A stretch of DNA of 64,000 bases from Candidatus Levyibacteriota bacterium (GTDB lineage Bacteria > Patescibacteriota > Microgenomatia > Levybacterales > UBA12049), in NCBI GenBank assembly GCA_009695045.1, contig SIBS01000003.1:10561-74560 (forward strand). The letters run 5' to 3'. Each line of letters begins with the position of its first letter. Within the stretch, counting starts at the first letter, position 1. A program made the translations under genes and the position numbers. Positions 50,716-61,182 of the stretch are shown here, piece by piece. The notes beneath the pieces are model-generated. The model ran no database searches and had not been told where the DNA came from. It worked only from the letters and a program-made list of their open reading frames with translations.

Positions 50716-50742
50716 CTCCTTACCAATTAATACTATATTCTA

Positions 50743-52197
50743 CTATTTTTTATCTCTTAATTCTACTAATACTGTTACTGATTTTCCAGTCAAATCTTTA
50801 TATATTTTTTCCATTAATTCCATAGATTCTTTTTTACATAATTTTTCTTTATGAAATGAGTAACCTGTTGCGATAACAAGATTATAATCATTTGTCTCAA
50901 TTAAATAACAACTAGCCAATAGGCCTGCTACTGAACGATTTTGCTGTTTTATGTTTTTTATAAAAGTTGACCATATTTCTTTATCTTCAATTTTAGTAAC
51001 TTCAATCTTACCTTCTGCATCATTTGATTTATTTTCTTTAACTAAATTCGTTTTGATATTTGAAATTTTTATTTCTGATTTATCAGTAATTACTATACTT
51101 TCATTATTTATTTTAAAATTGTCTATTCGGCACCAGTCTATAATCACCATTTCCAAAGGTAACTGCAGAATAACAGCATGTCGAATCGCTCCATATGCTT
51201 CTCCCAAAAGATTAATAAGTATTTTGCTTTCTTCAATGCTAAAAACTACACCATTTGCAACTTTATTTCCAATTCCCAATTCTTGAAGCATAGATAGATG
51301 CAATCGCGAGATAAGTTGCTCTAAATATTGTTTTATATTTATACCAATTTTTATCATATCTTCAACTAAATCTAATGCTTTTATTGTGTCTTTCTTTTTA
51401 AGGTGATCTATCATCTGCTCTAGATATTTTTCAATACTTATTACTCTATGTTTTTCTTCAACAATTTCTTTAGTTATTTTTTGTGCTTGTCCAGAAATTA
51501 AAGTAACACATTCTTCCAAAACTTTTGCACCATCTCGAAAGCTTCCTTCCGATAGTTGAGCTATGTCTTCCAGAGCAGATACATCAAATGGAACTTTCTC
51601 TTTTTCTAAAATGCGGGTGAATGAATGAACTAACTCTTCTGTAGTTGCGACGCGAAATTGCAAATTAAAACATCGAGAAATAATAGTTGCAGGAACTTTA
51701 TGCAACTCTGTTGTGCAAAGAATAAAAAGCACATTGGTTGGTGGCTCCTCCAAAGTCTTAAGAAGTGCATTGAATGCTCCAGTCGTAACCATATGCACTT
51801 CATCAATTATATATACTTTATTTTTTGCTAAAAGAGGGACTAGATTTATCTTTCCCAACAGGTCACGAATATCATCAATGAGCCCATTAGATGCACCATC
51901 AATCTCCATCACGTCTAGATTGATGCCGCTAGTAATAGACATACATTGATTGCACTTATTACAAGGCTCAATTTCAGAATTTGATTTATTCCCATCCGAA
52001 GATAAATCAAGATGTTGACAGTTTACAACTTTTGCCACAATACGAGCAGTAGATGTTTTACCAAGACCTTTAGGTCCAGTAAAAAGAAATGCATGTGGAA
52101 TAATAGGCTTAGAAAATACACTATACAATATATCTCGTACAGATTTACTATCTAACTCTTCTATTGTTTGAGGCCGATATTTGCGATAAAATACCAT
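50743..52197 (-). CDS. dnaX: DNA polymerase III subunit gamma/tau
   Basis: HAFLFTGPKGLGKTSTARIVAK Walker A, C4 zinc module and SRC box. Confidence 0.9.
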   Translation of the reverse strand: MVFYRKYRPQTIEELDSKSVRDILYSVFSKPIIPHAFLFTGPKGLGKTSTARIVAKVVNCQHLDLSSDGNKSNSEIEPCNKCNQCMSITSGINLDVMEIDGASNGLIDDIRDLLGKINLVPLLAKNKVYIIDEVHMVTTGAFNALLKTLEEPPTNVLFILCTTELHKVPATIISRCFNLQFRVATTEELVHSFTRILEKEKVPFDVSALEDIAQLSEGSFRDGAKVLEECVTLISGQAQKITKEIVEEKHRVISIEKYLEQMIDHLKKKDTIKALDLVEDMIKIGINIKQYLEQLISRLHLSMLQELGIGNKVANGVVFSIEESKILINLLGEAYGAIRHAVILQLPLEMVIIDWCRIDNFKINNESIVITDKSEIKISNIKTNLVKENKSNDAEGKIEVTKIEDKEIWSTFIKNIKQQNRSVAGLLASCYLIETNDYNLVIATGYSFHKEKLCKKESMELMEKIYKDLTGKSVTVLVELRDKK

Positions 52198-52240
52198 AAT
52201 TTCTCTGTAACAATACTATACCTAATATTATTATATTAAA

Positions 52241-52636
52241 TTAGTGATGAACACCTAATAAATGTAAAGTTCCATGAATTACTAGCTCCTCTACTTTTTC
52301 ATCTACGAGAACATCGTCTCTTGCTGCATCTCTAATTACTTGGGGGTAAGATAATACAACGTCTCCAAGTCGAAGCTTATCTGTTGGCATAATTGTAGGA
52401 GAGCCTTCATTAATTGAAAATGATAGTACGTTTGTAGTTTTATCTATATTTCTATACTTCTTATTAAGAGCCTGCATTTTACGATCTCCTACAATTGCAA
52501 TAGAAATCTCAGCAGAGCTAATAATTCCTTGCTCTTTGCACGTAACCTGAACCGCTTTTTTTATTCTTTTTCTATCAACTTTATAGCGGCTTTCTACGAA
52601 CAGTAATACCTCAATAGTACTTGAATTACCATGCAT
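52241..52636 (-). CDS. ybeY: endoribonuclease YbeY
   Basis: C-terminal HGTLHLLGVHH zinc motif. The start is trimmed to an internal Met to limit overlap with rpsU. Confidence 0.75.
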   Translation of the reverse strand: MHGNSSTIEVLLFVESRYKVDRKRIKKAVQVTCKEQGIISSAEISIAIVGDRKMQALNKKYRNIDKTTNVLSFSINEGSPTIMPTDKLRLGDVVLSYPQVIRDAARDDVLVDEKVEELVIHGTLHLLGVHH

Positions 52637-52808
52637 TTTTCTTTGCTCTACGAGCATCTTCTTGCTTTTGCTTACGAGCGAGCGAAGGCTTAAGATAGAA
52701 CTCTCGGCGCTTTGCCTCTTGCAATATCCCTTCACTCATTACTTTTCGGGAAAATTTCCTAATAAGCGAATCATCTGAATCCCCTGGTTGTTTTTTAACA
52801 AAAACCAT
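52626..52808 (-). CDS. rpsU: 30S ribosomal protein S21
   Basis: LIRKFSRKVMSEGILQEAKRREFYLKPSLARK. Confidence 0.8.
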   Translation of the reverse strand: MVFVKKQPGDSDDSLIRKFSRKVMSEGILQEAKRREFYLKPSLARKQKQEDARRAKKNAW

Positions 52809-52962
52809 AAAATAAAACACCTCCTCTTGCAATGTCAGTCTGATAAATATATGACGAAGTATTTATTGTAGTAATTTTTTGGAATTCTTCACCATGGTCA
52901 AATTGACAATATTTATATTTCTATTGTACTTTAAAATCAAGAGAAAGTAAAGAGGGATATGG

Positions 52963-53367
52963 TTAAGATTTTTTAATTTTGTCAGCAATGACTTCGAGCT
53001 GTTCCTTAGGCTTATTTTTTACTATTGATTGGATTGCTCCACCACTATCATTTTTCCATCTAGGAATGATATGTACATGCAAATGTGGTACGCCTGTAGG
53101 CTCTAGATGATTTATGCCAATCGATATCCAATCGCATTTAAGAGATTTCTCTATCTTTTTTGCTAACTTTTGAACTATATTCATAACTGACCCTAATTCA
53201 TATTCTTCGTAATCGTGAATCGATAAACCATGTCTTTTTAAAATCACTATTGTGTGTCCTGGAGCAGAAGGCATAATATCTAAAAAAGCACGGGTTGAGT
53301 CATCTTCGTGTAGGGTATATGATGGTATTTGATTAGCAATTAATTTACAAAAAATACAATTATCCAT
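52963..53367 (-). CDS. HIT-family hydrolase
   Basis: HLHVHIIPR histidine triad. Confidence 0.85.
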   Translation of the reverse strand: MDNCIFCKLIANQIPSYTLHEDDSTRAFLDIMPSAPGHTIVILKRHGLSIHDYEEYELGSVMNIVQKLAKKIEKSLKCDWISIGINHLEPTGVPHLHVHIIPRWKNDSGGAIQSIVKNKPKEQLEVIADKIKKS

Positions 53368-53372
53368 ATACC

Positions 53373-54320
53373 TTAAGCTGATACAAGTATTTCTATTATT
53401 GATTCTAATGACAATGAGCTAGGCTTCATATCCTGATTCTTTGTAGAACCATTTAGTAACATTTTTTTAGAGACGTGAAGAAACCATGAAGCCTGTGAAT
53501 CAATCTCCTTTAATTTAACATATACTGACGTTAAATCTACATCTGAATCAGGATCATTAGATGGTCTAGCCTTAATTCGAACATATCCTTTTTTGGGATC
53601 TTTACGAACTACCACAACGTATCCCATTTTTTGCACTAATTTTATTACTGTATCATTAAAAGAAGAAAAAGCAATCCCATTGCCCCATTTTGTCTTAAAT
53701 AAAATACTGTTTGTTTTAATCTCCTTCTCTGCCAATATTTTATTTTCAAAAGTAAATCTCAAAGCATCTAATAATTGCATTATAAAATCAGTATAATAAT
53801 TATCTTGATTTGATTTCTGTAATTTAATTCCGTCTAAAACTCCAAAAAGTGAAAAATCATGATGGTCTGCAGTGGGATCTCCCCAAAAAACCTCTCTAAA
53901 ATGATCTATGTCCACCACAACCTTAACAATTCGACTAATTGCATCTTTTTTAAAATCTGATTTTTCATTTGAGGAATGGGAACATATATAATCCCATGTT
54001 CTACTAGCTGCACAAATAGATTGATCATTTGTCTGATGATGATCTAATGGACCCATTCCGGTATCAACATGGATAACCTCATTTCCATCAATAATCTCAA
54101 TAGGATTAACTGTTGCAAAACTAGGAAATATCTCATGATTATTATTTATTAATATATTATCTTTGCCCAAGAATCCAGTCTCATTTTTATCTTTAAGCTT
54201 TGTTCCAGCTGAAACAAATTTTACATCTGCATTAGCCCACCCATTTAAAAAACGCTTCAAAAGCCATACTGAGGTTATAGCATCTAAATCTGGCGAACTA
54301 TGAGTTACGATTATTTTCAT
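53373..54320 (-). CDS. DHH-family phosphoesterase
   Basis: PDLDAITS (motif I) and GPLDHHQ (DHH motif III). Confidence 0.6.
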   Translation of the reverse strand: MKIIVTHSSPDLDAITSVWLLKRFLNGWANADVKFVSAGTKLKDKNETGFLGKDNILINNNHEIFPSFATVNPIEIIDGNEVIHVDTGMGPLDHHQTNDQSICAASRTWDYICSHSSNEKSDFKKDAISRIVKVVVDIDHFREVFWGDPTADHHDFSLFGVLDGIKLQKSNQDNYYTDFIMQLLDALRFTFENKILAEKEIKTNSILFKTKWGNGIAFSSFNDTVIKLVQKMGYVVVVRKDPKKGYVRIKARPSNDPDSDVDLTSVYVKLKEIDSQASWFLHVSKKMLLNGSTKNQDMKPSSLSLESIIEILVSA

Positions 54321-54322
54321 AT

Positions 54323-54880
54323 TTAATTATTTAATTCTATAATATCTGGCCTACCTCGACCCTTATTATCAGTATCTAGTCCATATCCCTCAACCCAAAC
54401 ATTCTTAATCTCAAAACCAAGATATTCAATCTCAACATCAACCTCTCTTCGAGCTGGCTTTGAAAGTAGGGATACAACCCTTAGTGAACTTGGTAGACTC
54501 TTTAATAATTTATCTTTTAATATCATAATTGTATGACCAGAGTCAACAATATCTTCCACAATAAGTATATTTTTATTAAGATAATCAATGTCTCCACTTA
54601 GTTTAATTTGCGGATTTCTAGAAGACTCTACTTTGTCTCCATAGCTTGAAATATTTACAAAATCTAACTTACAATTTTTTAATCCTGAAATCCACAAGGC
54701 GCGAATTAAATCAGACATAAAAATAAATGACCCCTTCATAACCATGAGTAAAATAACATTTTTTCCCTGATAATCAAATGCTATTTTATTTGCAATTTCA
54801 TTTATTCTTTTTGAAATTATTTCTTGAGAAATAAGTATTTTTGTATCTAGATTATTATCTTTCATATGCCTATTGTACAC
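54323..54880 (-). CDS. hpt: hypoxanthine-guanine phosphoribosyltransferase
   Basis: ILIVEDIVDSGHT PRPP-binding motif. Confidence 0.85.
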   Translation of the reverse strand: MYNRHMKDNNLDTKILISQEIISKRINEIANKIAFDYQGKNVILLMVMKGSFIFMSDLIRALWISGLKNCKLDFVNISSYGDKVESSRNPQIKLSGDIDYLNKNILIVEDIVDSGHTIMILKDKLLKSLPSSLRVVSLLSKPARREVDVEIEYLGFEIKNVWVEGYGLDTDNKGRGRPDIIELNN

Positions 54881-54939
54881 TACTCACTTTTTCTATGCAA
54901 AAACTTGACAAAATTAATCTTAAAACATAGGATAAATCT

Positions 54940-55299
54940 ATGAATAAAAAAACTGATACCCTAGATCCAAAACTCAAAGAAATTTATGATAGGGTAATGA
55001 ATAGTCATATCTCTAAACCTAATCAACCAGTATCGACTCCTATTAAATCACCAGCACCTACCCCAGCAGCATCTAATCAAATTCTACATTCTACCCCTGA
55101 AAAAACTACTCAAGTTTTTGTTGCTAATTCATCTAAGGATGCAACAAAAAATACTCCATCGATAGACGAAAAAAACAAAGAAAAAAAATCAGGTATATCT
55201 CCGGTAATATTTACTATCTGTGGGATTATTTTTTTTGCAATCTACACAATATTCTGGTTTAAGATATTTAACATATCTCTGCCATTTATTCCTAAATAA
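54940..55299 (+). CDS. hypothetical tail-anchored Pro/Thr-rich protein
   Basis: C-terminal TM helix. Confidence 0.4.
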   Translation: MNKKTDTLDPKLKEIYDRVMNSHISKPNQPVSTPIKSPAPTPAASNQILHSTPEKTTQVFVANSSKDATKNTPSIDEKNKEKKSGISPVIFTICGIIFFAIYTIFWFKIFNISLPFIPK

Positions 55300-55327
55300 T
55301 TTATTAATAAAAATAAACTATCAGTTT

Positions 55328-56569
55328 TTATTGAAGTTTTTTAAAAATATTTTCAATACTAATTAACTCTATATCTGTGCTTTTTCGATCTTTCCATTCT
55401 ATATTATCACCATTTCTGCCTGATACAACTAAACGTATAGGTATACCAATTAAATCCGCATCAGCAAACTTTGTACCAGCTCGCTCATCACGATCATCAT
55501 ATAATACATTTATTCCTCTACTCATCAATTCATCATAGGTTTTATTCGCCATATTTATAGCTTCTGCGCTCTCACCAAGTCGAATTAAATAAACATCTGC
55601 AGGAGCAATTGTTTTTGGCCAAATCAATCCCTTTTCGTCGCTAAATTTTTCTGCAATTACGCCCATTACTCGAGTTATCCCTATGCCATAAGATCCAAGA
55701 TGCGGAAATCTTCTTTGACCATCTTCATCGATAAAGGTAAAATCCATCTGCTCACTCTTAGCAGTACCAAAATTGAATATATTACCTACTTCGCTAGTTT
55801 TTATCTCTTCAAGATCAAATTTATTAATTCCTAGTTTTTTTAAATTTTCATCATTTAAAACTTCTTCATTAATAGCAATATTTTTACCACGGTGAAGATA
55901 TATCCTATCTTCACCGGTCTCACAAATAGTCTGAAATTCATGACTAAATTCCGTAAATGAACCGCCGCCTGCAAAAGTTACATAAGTATCATCTCCTATT
56001 CCGAGACGTTGATAAATTTTTTTATATGCTTCAGTAACCGAATTATAATATTTATTATGTTGTTTTGAATCAATACAAACAGAGTACATATCCTTCATAC
56101 TAAATTCACGGCCTCGCATTATTCCAGACTTTGCTCGTAGCTCATTTCGCAACTTTATCTGAAACTGATATACGCTGATCGGAAAATCTTTATAACTAGT
56201 TATATGCTGTTTTAACATTTCTATAATTGGCTCTTCATGGGACCAAGCTAGGCCAATTTCTGATTCATCTTTTAATCTAGTTTTAAACCATACATCTACT
56301 GCATTATCATCCCATCTACCAGTAACCTCCCATTTATCGCGAGACTGAAGATTGGTCATAATAAGCTCTTGTCCATCAATTGCATTCATCTCTTCTCTAA
56401 CAATTTGCTTAATATTTTCAATTACTTTTAAACCAAGGGGTAGATATGCATAAACTCCAGCCATTTCTTTATGAATGAAGCCAGCCTGAATAAGTAGCTG
56501 AGCGTTTTTAGATACTTCATCAGTTGGGGCTTCTTTTCTTGTTTTTGTAAAAAGTTTCGAATATCTCAT
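55328..56569 (-). CDS. proS: prolyl-tRNA synthetase (short form lacking the INS editing domain)
   Basis: N-terminus MRYSKLFTKTRKEAPTDEV...AGVYAYLPLGLKV aligns with bacterial ProRS; 413 aa. Confidence 0.9.
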   Translation of the reverse strand: MRYSKLFTKTRKEAPTDEVSKNAQLLIQAGFIHKEMAGVYAYLPLGLKVIENIKQIVREEMNAIDGQELIMTNLQSRDKWEVTGRWDDNAVDVWFKTRLKDESEIGLAWSHEEPIIEMLKQHITSYKDFPISVYQFQIKLRNELRAKSGIMRGREFSMKDMYSVCIDSKQHNKYYNSVTEAYKKIYQRLGIGDDTYVTFAGGGSFTEFSHEFQTICETGEDRIYLHRGKNIAINEEVLNDENLKKLGINKFDLEEIKTSEVGNIFNFGTAKSEQMDFTFIDEDGQRRFPHLGSYGIGITRVMGVIAEKFSDEKGLIWPKTIAPADVYLIRLGESAEAINMANKTYDELMSRGINVLYDDRDERAGTKFADADLIGIPIRLVVSGRNGDNIEWKDRKSTDIELISIENIFKKLQ

Positions 56570-56722
56570 ATTATTTTATTTTAATTTAATTTAAAAACCT
56601 ATATCTATTTCTCTAGTATAACATTATTTTATTCCTTAATTAGGATCTTTTAAATTTCTGCTATTAAACTCGTTGACAATTATACCTTGAAATAATAAAA
56701 TTTCTTCGATGGTAAAAAATAT

Positions 56723-57388
56723 ATGCCACTAGGAGAAGATCTACATCATCAAAAAATTATTGAAAGAATTAATTATACAGATAACAGTCGTTCTCCTTTT
56801 CAAGTTGTAGAATCAACAGCAAAACTTTTAGATTTATATTTTACACCAGTAATTAACCTAGATCCTTCTCTTGCAAGAAATTATTTTGCAAATGCAACTC
56901 TTGGATTTGCATGGCAAGCAGAAAAAGGATTCTTCAAAAATATAGACAAGATTGATCGTGCAAAAAAAATATCAAATGAGGATATAGAAAGATTTATATT
57001 ACTAGATAAACAACAGGGTCAACAAGAAAATGTTGAAGATAATGAAGCTTTTGATTTTACCCTAATAACATTTGGATTCATGCCAGAAATGGCAAAACAT
57101 AGATTTCTTCCAAATGGATTCTCAAAAAAAGGAATGATGGCTCCACCATTTACAACAAGAGAATACTTATTAAGGCTAAGAGAAATAAGAAGAGAGGTTA
57201 CTAGGATAATAAGTGGAGAGACAGATCAAAAAGCTTCGCTTGATAACAATCCAGCACTCCTAAGAACATATTGGTTTTTTCAAGTCGGTAAAGAAATACC
57301 GTTAAAAATAAAAAAAGATTATAAAAATATTAAAAATAATACAGAAAAAATTTTGAATAAACTTTTAGAAGATATTGATATAAATTAA
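56723..57388 (+). CDS. hypothetical protein (221 aa)
   Basis: ORF only. Confidence 0.4.
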   Translation: MPLGEDLHHQKIIERINYTDNSRSPFQVVESTAKLLDLYFTPVINLDPSLARNYFANATLGFAWQAEKGFFKNIDKIDRAKKISNEDIERFILLDKQQGQQENVEDNEAFDFTLITFGFMPEMAKHRFLPNGFSKKGMMAPPFTTREYLLRLREIRREVTRIISGETDQKASLDNNPALLRTYWFFQVGKEIPLKIKKDYKNIKNNTEKILNKLLEDIDIN

Positions 57389-57393
57389 TATTC

Positions 57394-58314
57394 TTATTTA
57401 TTCTTTACATCATGACCGCCAAATACATTACGAAGAGAAGAAACCAAACGACCAGTAAATGATTGTTGGATTTTTTTATCTATCATAGATCTCTTTCTAT
57501 ATTCAAGGGATGCTTTAATAATCTCCAGCTGAACATCCATTCGTTTTGCCTCTTCAATTGCCCACACCGTTTCACCAGACGCACTTCCAATCTCTCCAGT
57601 TATTTGCTCTAATTTTGGGTCTTTTTCCAAAGCTTCTACTGTGCGATCCATCATAAAGCCACTTATCAAAGTTCCACGTTGATACATTTTTGCAACCTCT
57701 ATCAAATCTAAATTATAATCTGATTTCTGAAGCACTTCGAATCCTTCTCCAATTGATTGCATATATCCATATTCAATAGCATTGTGAATCATCTTTACAT
57801 AGTGACCCGCCCCCCCAATACCAAAATATTTATGTCCACCATTAGGATTAGCTAAAGTATCCAAAATAGGTTTTATATAATTATATGCATTTATGTCTCC
57901 CCCGACCATAAGTGGATACCCATCTTGTGCAGCAATTATCCCGCCAGAAACACCAATCCCCAAAAATTTTATATTTTTTTCTGCTAAGAATTTAGCATGC
58001 CTATTTGTATTGTTAAAATTTTCATTTGCTCCATCTATAATGATGTCTTGATCTGAAACATATAATGCAATTTCTGAGATAATTACTTCTGTTGCTTCAC
58101 CTGCCGGCAACATAGTCCATACGATACATGGCTTTGACAGGGAAGAAACAAGCTCTTTAACAGATGAGGATATTTTGATATTTTTAAATTCTTTTTTAAT
58201 AATTTCTACCGATTCCGTAGACCTATTCCATACTACAACATCGTGTCCATCATTAATCAATTTACCAACCATTCGACTTCCCATTTTTCCAAGCCCAATA
58301 AAACCTATCTGCAT
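57394..58314 (-). CDS. gnd: 6-phosphogluconate dehydrogenase (decarboxylating), short YqeC-like form
   Basis: GFIGLGKMGSRM Rossmann motif and GGAGHYVKMIHNAIEYGYMQ 6PGDH signature. Confidence 0.85.
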   Translation of the reverse strand: MQIGFIGLGKMGSRMVGKLINDGHDVVVWNRSTESVEIIKKEFKNIKISSSVKELVSSLSKPCIVWTMLPAGEATEVIISEIALYVSDQDIIIDGANENFNNTNRHAKFLAEKNIKFLGIGVSGGIIAAQDGYPLMVGGDINAYNYIKPILDTLANPNGGHKYFGIGGAGHYVKMIHNAIEYGYMQSIGEGFEVLQKSDYNLDLIEVAKMYQRGTLISGFMMDRTVEALEKDPKLEQITGEIGSASGETVWAIEEAKRMDVQLEIIKASLEYRKRSMIDKKIQQSFTGRLVSSLRNVFGGHDVKNK

Positions 58315-58336
58315 AAAATAATATTAACAAAAAAAA

Positions 58337-59413
58337 TTAAATTTTTCCACCTCTTATTCTCATAATTTCTTTAAGTAATTTGCTAGTTATATCATCAACC
58401 GTTTTAATAAAAATCCCCTTAAGCGTTGTTTCCTTTTGCATATCTTCACTATTATTCTCTTTTTCGATTAAGGTAATTATATTACTAATTACTTTTTCAA
58501 CATTACCTGCTACAAGTAATTGAGGCAAATAAAATTTATCCCCATCCCCATTTACTAAAGCAGATAAAAAGTATGCTACATGTATTGATCGCTCGCTCAT
58601 GCCGATTTGATTTAAACTTACTGTATGTTTTGGAATTTTTTTTCTTAGAATATCCGATACTCCAATTAAATAATCTCTATCATACGCTTCCATATCCCTA
58701 TAGTCCCTAGGTCCCAATTTAGGGATATTAAAAAATTCCTTAGTAGCAAGATGTGAAAGATTATACCTTCGTAATACTTTTATTACATTAGGAATAATCG
58801 TATTTGTGGGTTCAATATCTAATTCTGGGACTATCAAATTGGACTGCTTTATAGCTACTTTTTCATCATCTCTAATTTTTGAATTGATTAATTCCGAAAG
58901 ATGATTATTTCCCAATTTTTTTTGCACATCTAATTTAACAGCTTTCCAATCTATGTCTGCATATCCATCGACCCCTCCTACAACATGACTAATTACTGCA
59001 ACCATTCGCATCCTATCAGGATCCACATATTCTGATTCTCTTGATTTATAATTATCCAAAAATAAACCTTTCATAAATCTAGCTTGACGCATTTCAAACC
59101 ATAATTCTTCAGCTAAGTCTGGTGACTGAGTGCTCCATGCATCCCAAAATTTTCTTATTTTAATCTGACTTTTAAGTATTGGCCAAAGCTCAGGATTAAT
59201 TTTATCTATAACATTCCTATCGAAAATTTCCAGAGTATTTTTTAAATTATCATCTAGGATGCCATCATAATCAGGTGTCAATTGACGAGAAAATACTTCT
59301 AAGCCAAGCGTTAAGGAGGGCTTATTGAGCATTTCTGTACCAAAAAAACTATCTTTTATCTTGCTTGTTTCATCTTGTGAAAAACTTTGTCCAGACTCTC
59401 TTAAAAACGACAT
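58337..59413 (-). CDS. hypothetical protein between zwf and gnd (OpcA-like position)
   Basis: ORF only; called from its position. Confidence 0.45.
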   Translation of the reverse strand: MSFLRESGQSFSQDETSKIKDSFFGTEMLNKPSLTLGLEVFSRQLTPDYDGILDDNLKNTLEIFDRNVIDKINPELWPILKSQIKIRKFWDAWSTQSPDLAEELWFEMRQARFMKGLFLDNYKSRESEYVDPDRMRMVAVISHVVGGVDGYADIDWKAVKLDVQKKLGNNHLSELINSKIRDDEKVAIKQSNLIVPELDIEPTNTIIPNVIKVLRRYNLSHLATKEFFNIPKLGPRDYRDMEAYDRDYLIGVSDILRKKIPKHTVSLNQIGMSERSIHVAYFLSALVNGDGDKFYLPQLLVAGNVEKVISNIITLIEKENNSEDMQKETTLKGIFIKTVDDITSKLLKEIMRIRGGKI

Positions 59414-59680
59414 ATTTTCTAGGCAGATTTAGATTATACTATATTTAAAATCTTTTTGTAAAAGCTAATTATACATTTTTCCTACCTAGATCTTATATAT
59501 TAAAAACAACATAGCCATCACTATTTTAAATATAATAATAAATATTCAATCTAAATTATCAAATATTTAGATATTTGATAATTTTTTTCACGTAATTATT
59601 TGTTGTTGGAAAAAAACTGCGTGGACCTATTATCTCATTCAAAATATTATCTATCAATATTATTTTAGAAATCCATCATG

Positions 59681-61102
59681 CTACAGCCATTTCTTTCCAT
59701 CTTTTTCTATGAGCCTATTTGCTTCTATTGGCCCCCATGTTCCTGAATCATAAAATTTCATTACGGGTCCCTGACTTTCCCATCCTCTTAAAATTTGTGT
59801 TATAAGTTCCCATGAGCTCTCTAACTCATCTGATCTATTAAAAAGCATTTGATCGCCATCAAAAACATCAAGCAATAATTTCTCATAAGCATCTGCGCCC
59901 TTATTACCAAATTCTTCTTGATAAGTAAATTTCATATCTACCGTCCCAAGTGCTAATTTAGAATCGGGTTTTTTTGTAATAACTCTAAGAATAATTCCTT
60001 CATCAGGTTGTATATGGATAGTAAGCACGTTACCTATTTCTGGACAACCAAACTCTTTGAATAATATATGACAAGTCTGGATAAAAACTATTGATATTTC
60101 AACAACATCTTTTGGTACTTTTTTCCCCGCTCGAAGATAGAAAGGTACATCTTTAAACCTTGGAGAATCAACAAATAATTTCATTGCAACAAATGTTTCA
60201 GTTTCAGACTTTGGTGAAACATCTTTTTCCAATAAATAATCTTTGTACTGACCTCTAACTATATTTTCTAATATATCTTTTGAAGAAATACCACGAATTG
60301 CCTTAATTGCTTTTGCTCTAGCATCCCTAACTCCTTCTTTAGAGAATGTTTTTGGCTGCTCCATTGCAATGGTTGCAATCAATTGTAAGAGATGATTTTG
60401 GGCAACATCCCTAAGTAATCCTACACCATCAAAAAATTTTCCACGCCCACCAACTCCCTTCACTTCTCCCCATGTTATCTGCACATGATCAATATAATTA
60501 TTATTCCATACTGGTTCAAAAATACCATTTGCAAATCTAAATGCAATCATATTCTGCACTGTTTCTTTAGCCAAATAATGATCAACGCGAAAAATCTGTC
60601 TCTCGTCAAAATTTTCAGAAAGTTTTCTGTCTAAATTTCGTGCTGTTTCTAAGTCTTTTCCAAATGGCTTTTCTATAATAAGTCTTGTCCTATGAATGTC
60701 CTCTTTTTTTTTATCAATCAATTCTGATTCCTGCAAACCATGAATTATTTCTAAATAATTTACCGGTGGAGTTGCAAGATAATATAAGAAATTTAGATGA
60801 TTATTATTTTTTTCTAATAAATTAAGTTTTCCCGTAAGGCTTATATATGCTTTTTCATCTGAGAAATCACCTTGATGATAAGAGATATATCTTAAAAAAT
60901 CATTCCATTCTTTTTTATCATTCAATGATTCAAATATTTGAAGGAACCCATCATTAATTAAATCTCGTCTAGCAAAACCAATTATGTAGAAATCTTTAGG
61001 TAATTGTTTTTTTTTATATAAAGAGAATAAAGCGGGAATTAATTTGGTACGAGCTAAATCTCCAGTGGCTCCAAATATTACCATTACAAAAGGATTAATC
61101 AT
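59681..61102 (-). CDS. zwf: glucose-6-phosphate 1-dehydrogenase
   Basis: FGATGDLA and RVDHYLAKE motifs. Confidence 0.9.
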   Translation of the reverse strand: MINPFVMVIFGATGDLARTKLIPALFSLYKKKQLPKDFYIIGFARRDLINDGFLQIFESLNDKKEWNDFLRYISYHQGDFSDEKAYISLTGKLNLLEKNNNHLNFLYYLATPPVNYLEIIHGLQESELIDKKKEDIHRTRLIIEKPFGKDLETARNLDRKLSENFDERQIFRVDHYLAKETVQNMIAFRFANGIFEPVWNNNYIDHVQITWGEVKGVGGRGKFFDGVGLLRDVAQNHLLQLIATIAMEQPKTFSKEGVRDARAKAIKAIRGISSKDILENIVRGQYKDYLLEKDVSPKSETETFVAMKLFVDSPRFKDVPFYLRAGKKVPKDVVEISIVFIQTCHILFKEFGCPEIGNVLTIHIQPDEGIILRVITKKPDSKLALGTVDMKFTYQEEFGNKGADAYEKLLLDVFDGDQMLFNRSDELESSWELITQILRGWESQGPVMKFYDSGTWGPIEANRLIEKDGKKWL

Positions 61103-61182
61103 ATTTATATGAATAATTAAAATTATTACAAGTTCCTATTACCATTTCCTGTATTCACAAGTATCATTATTATTAATTTATT

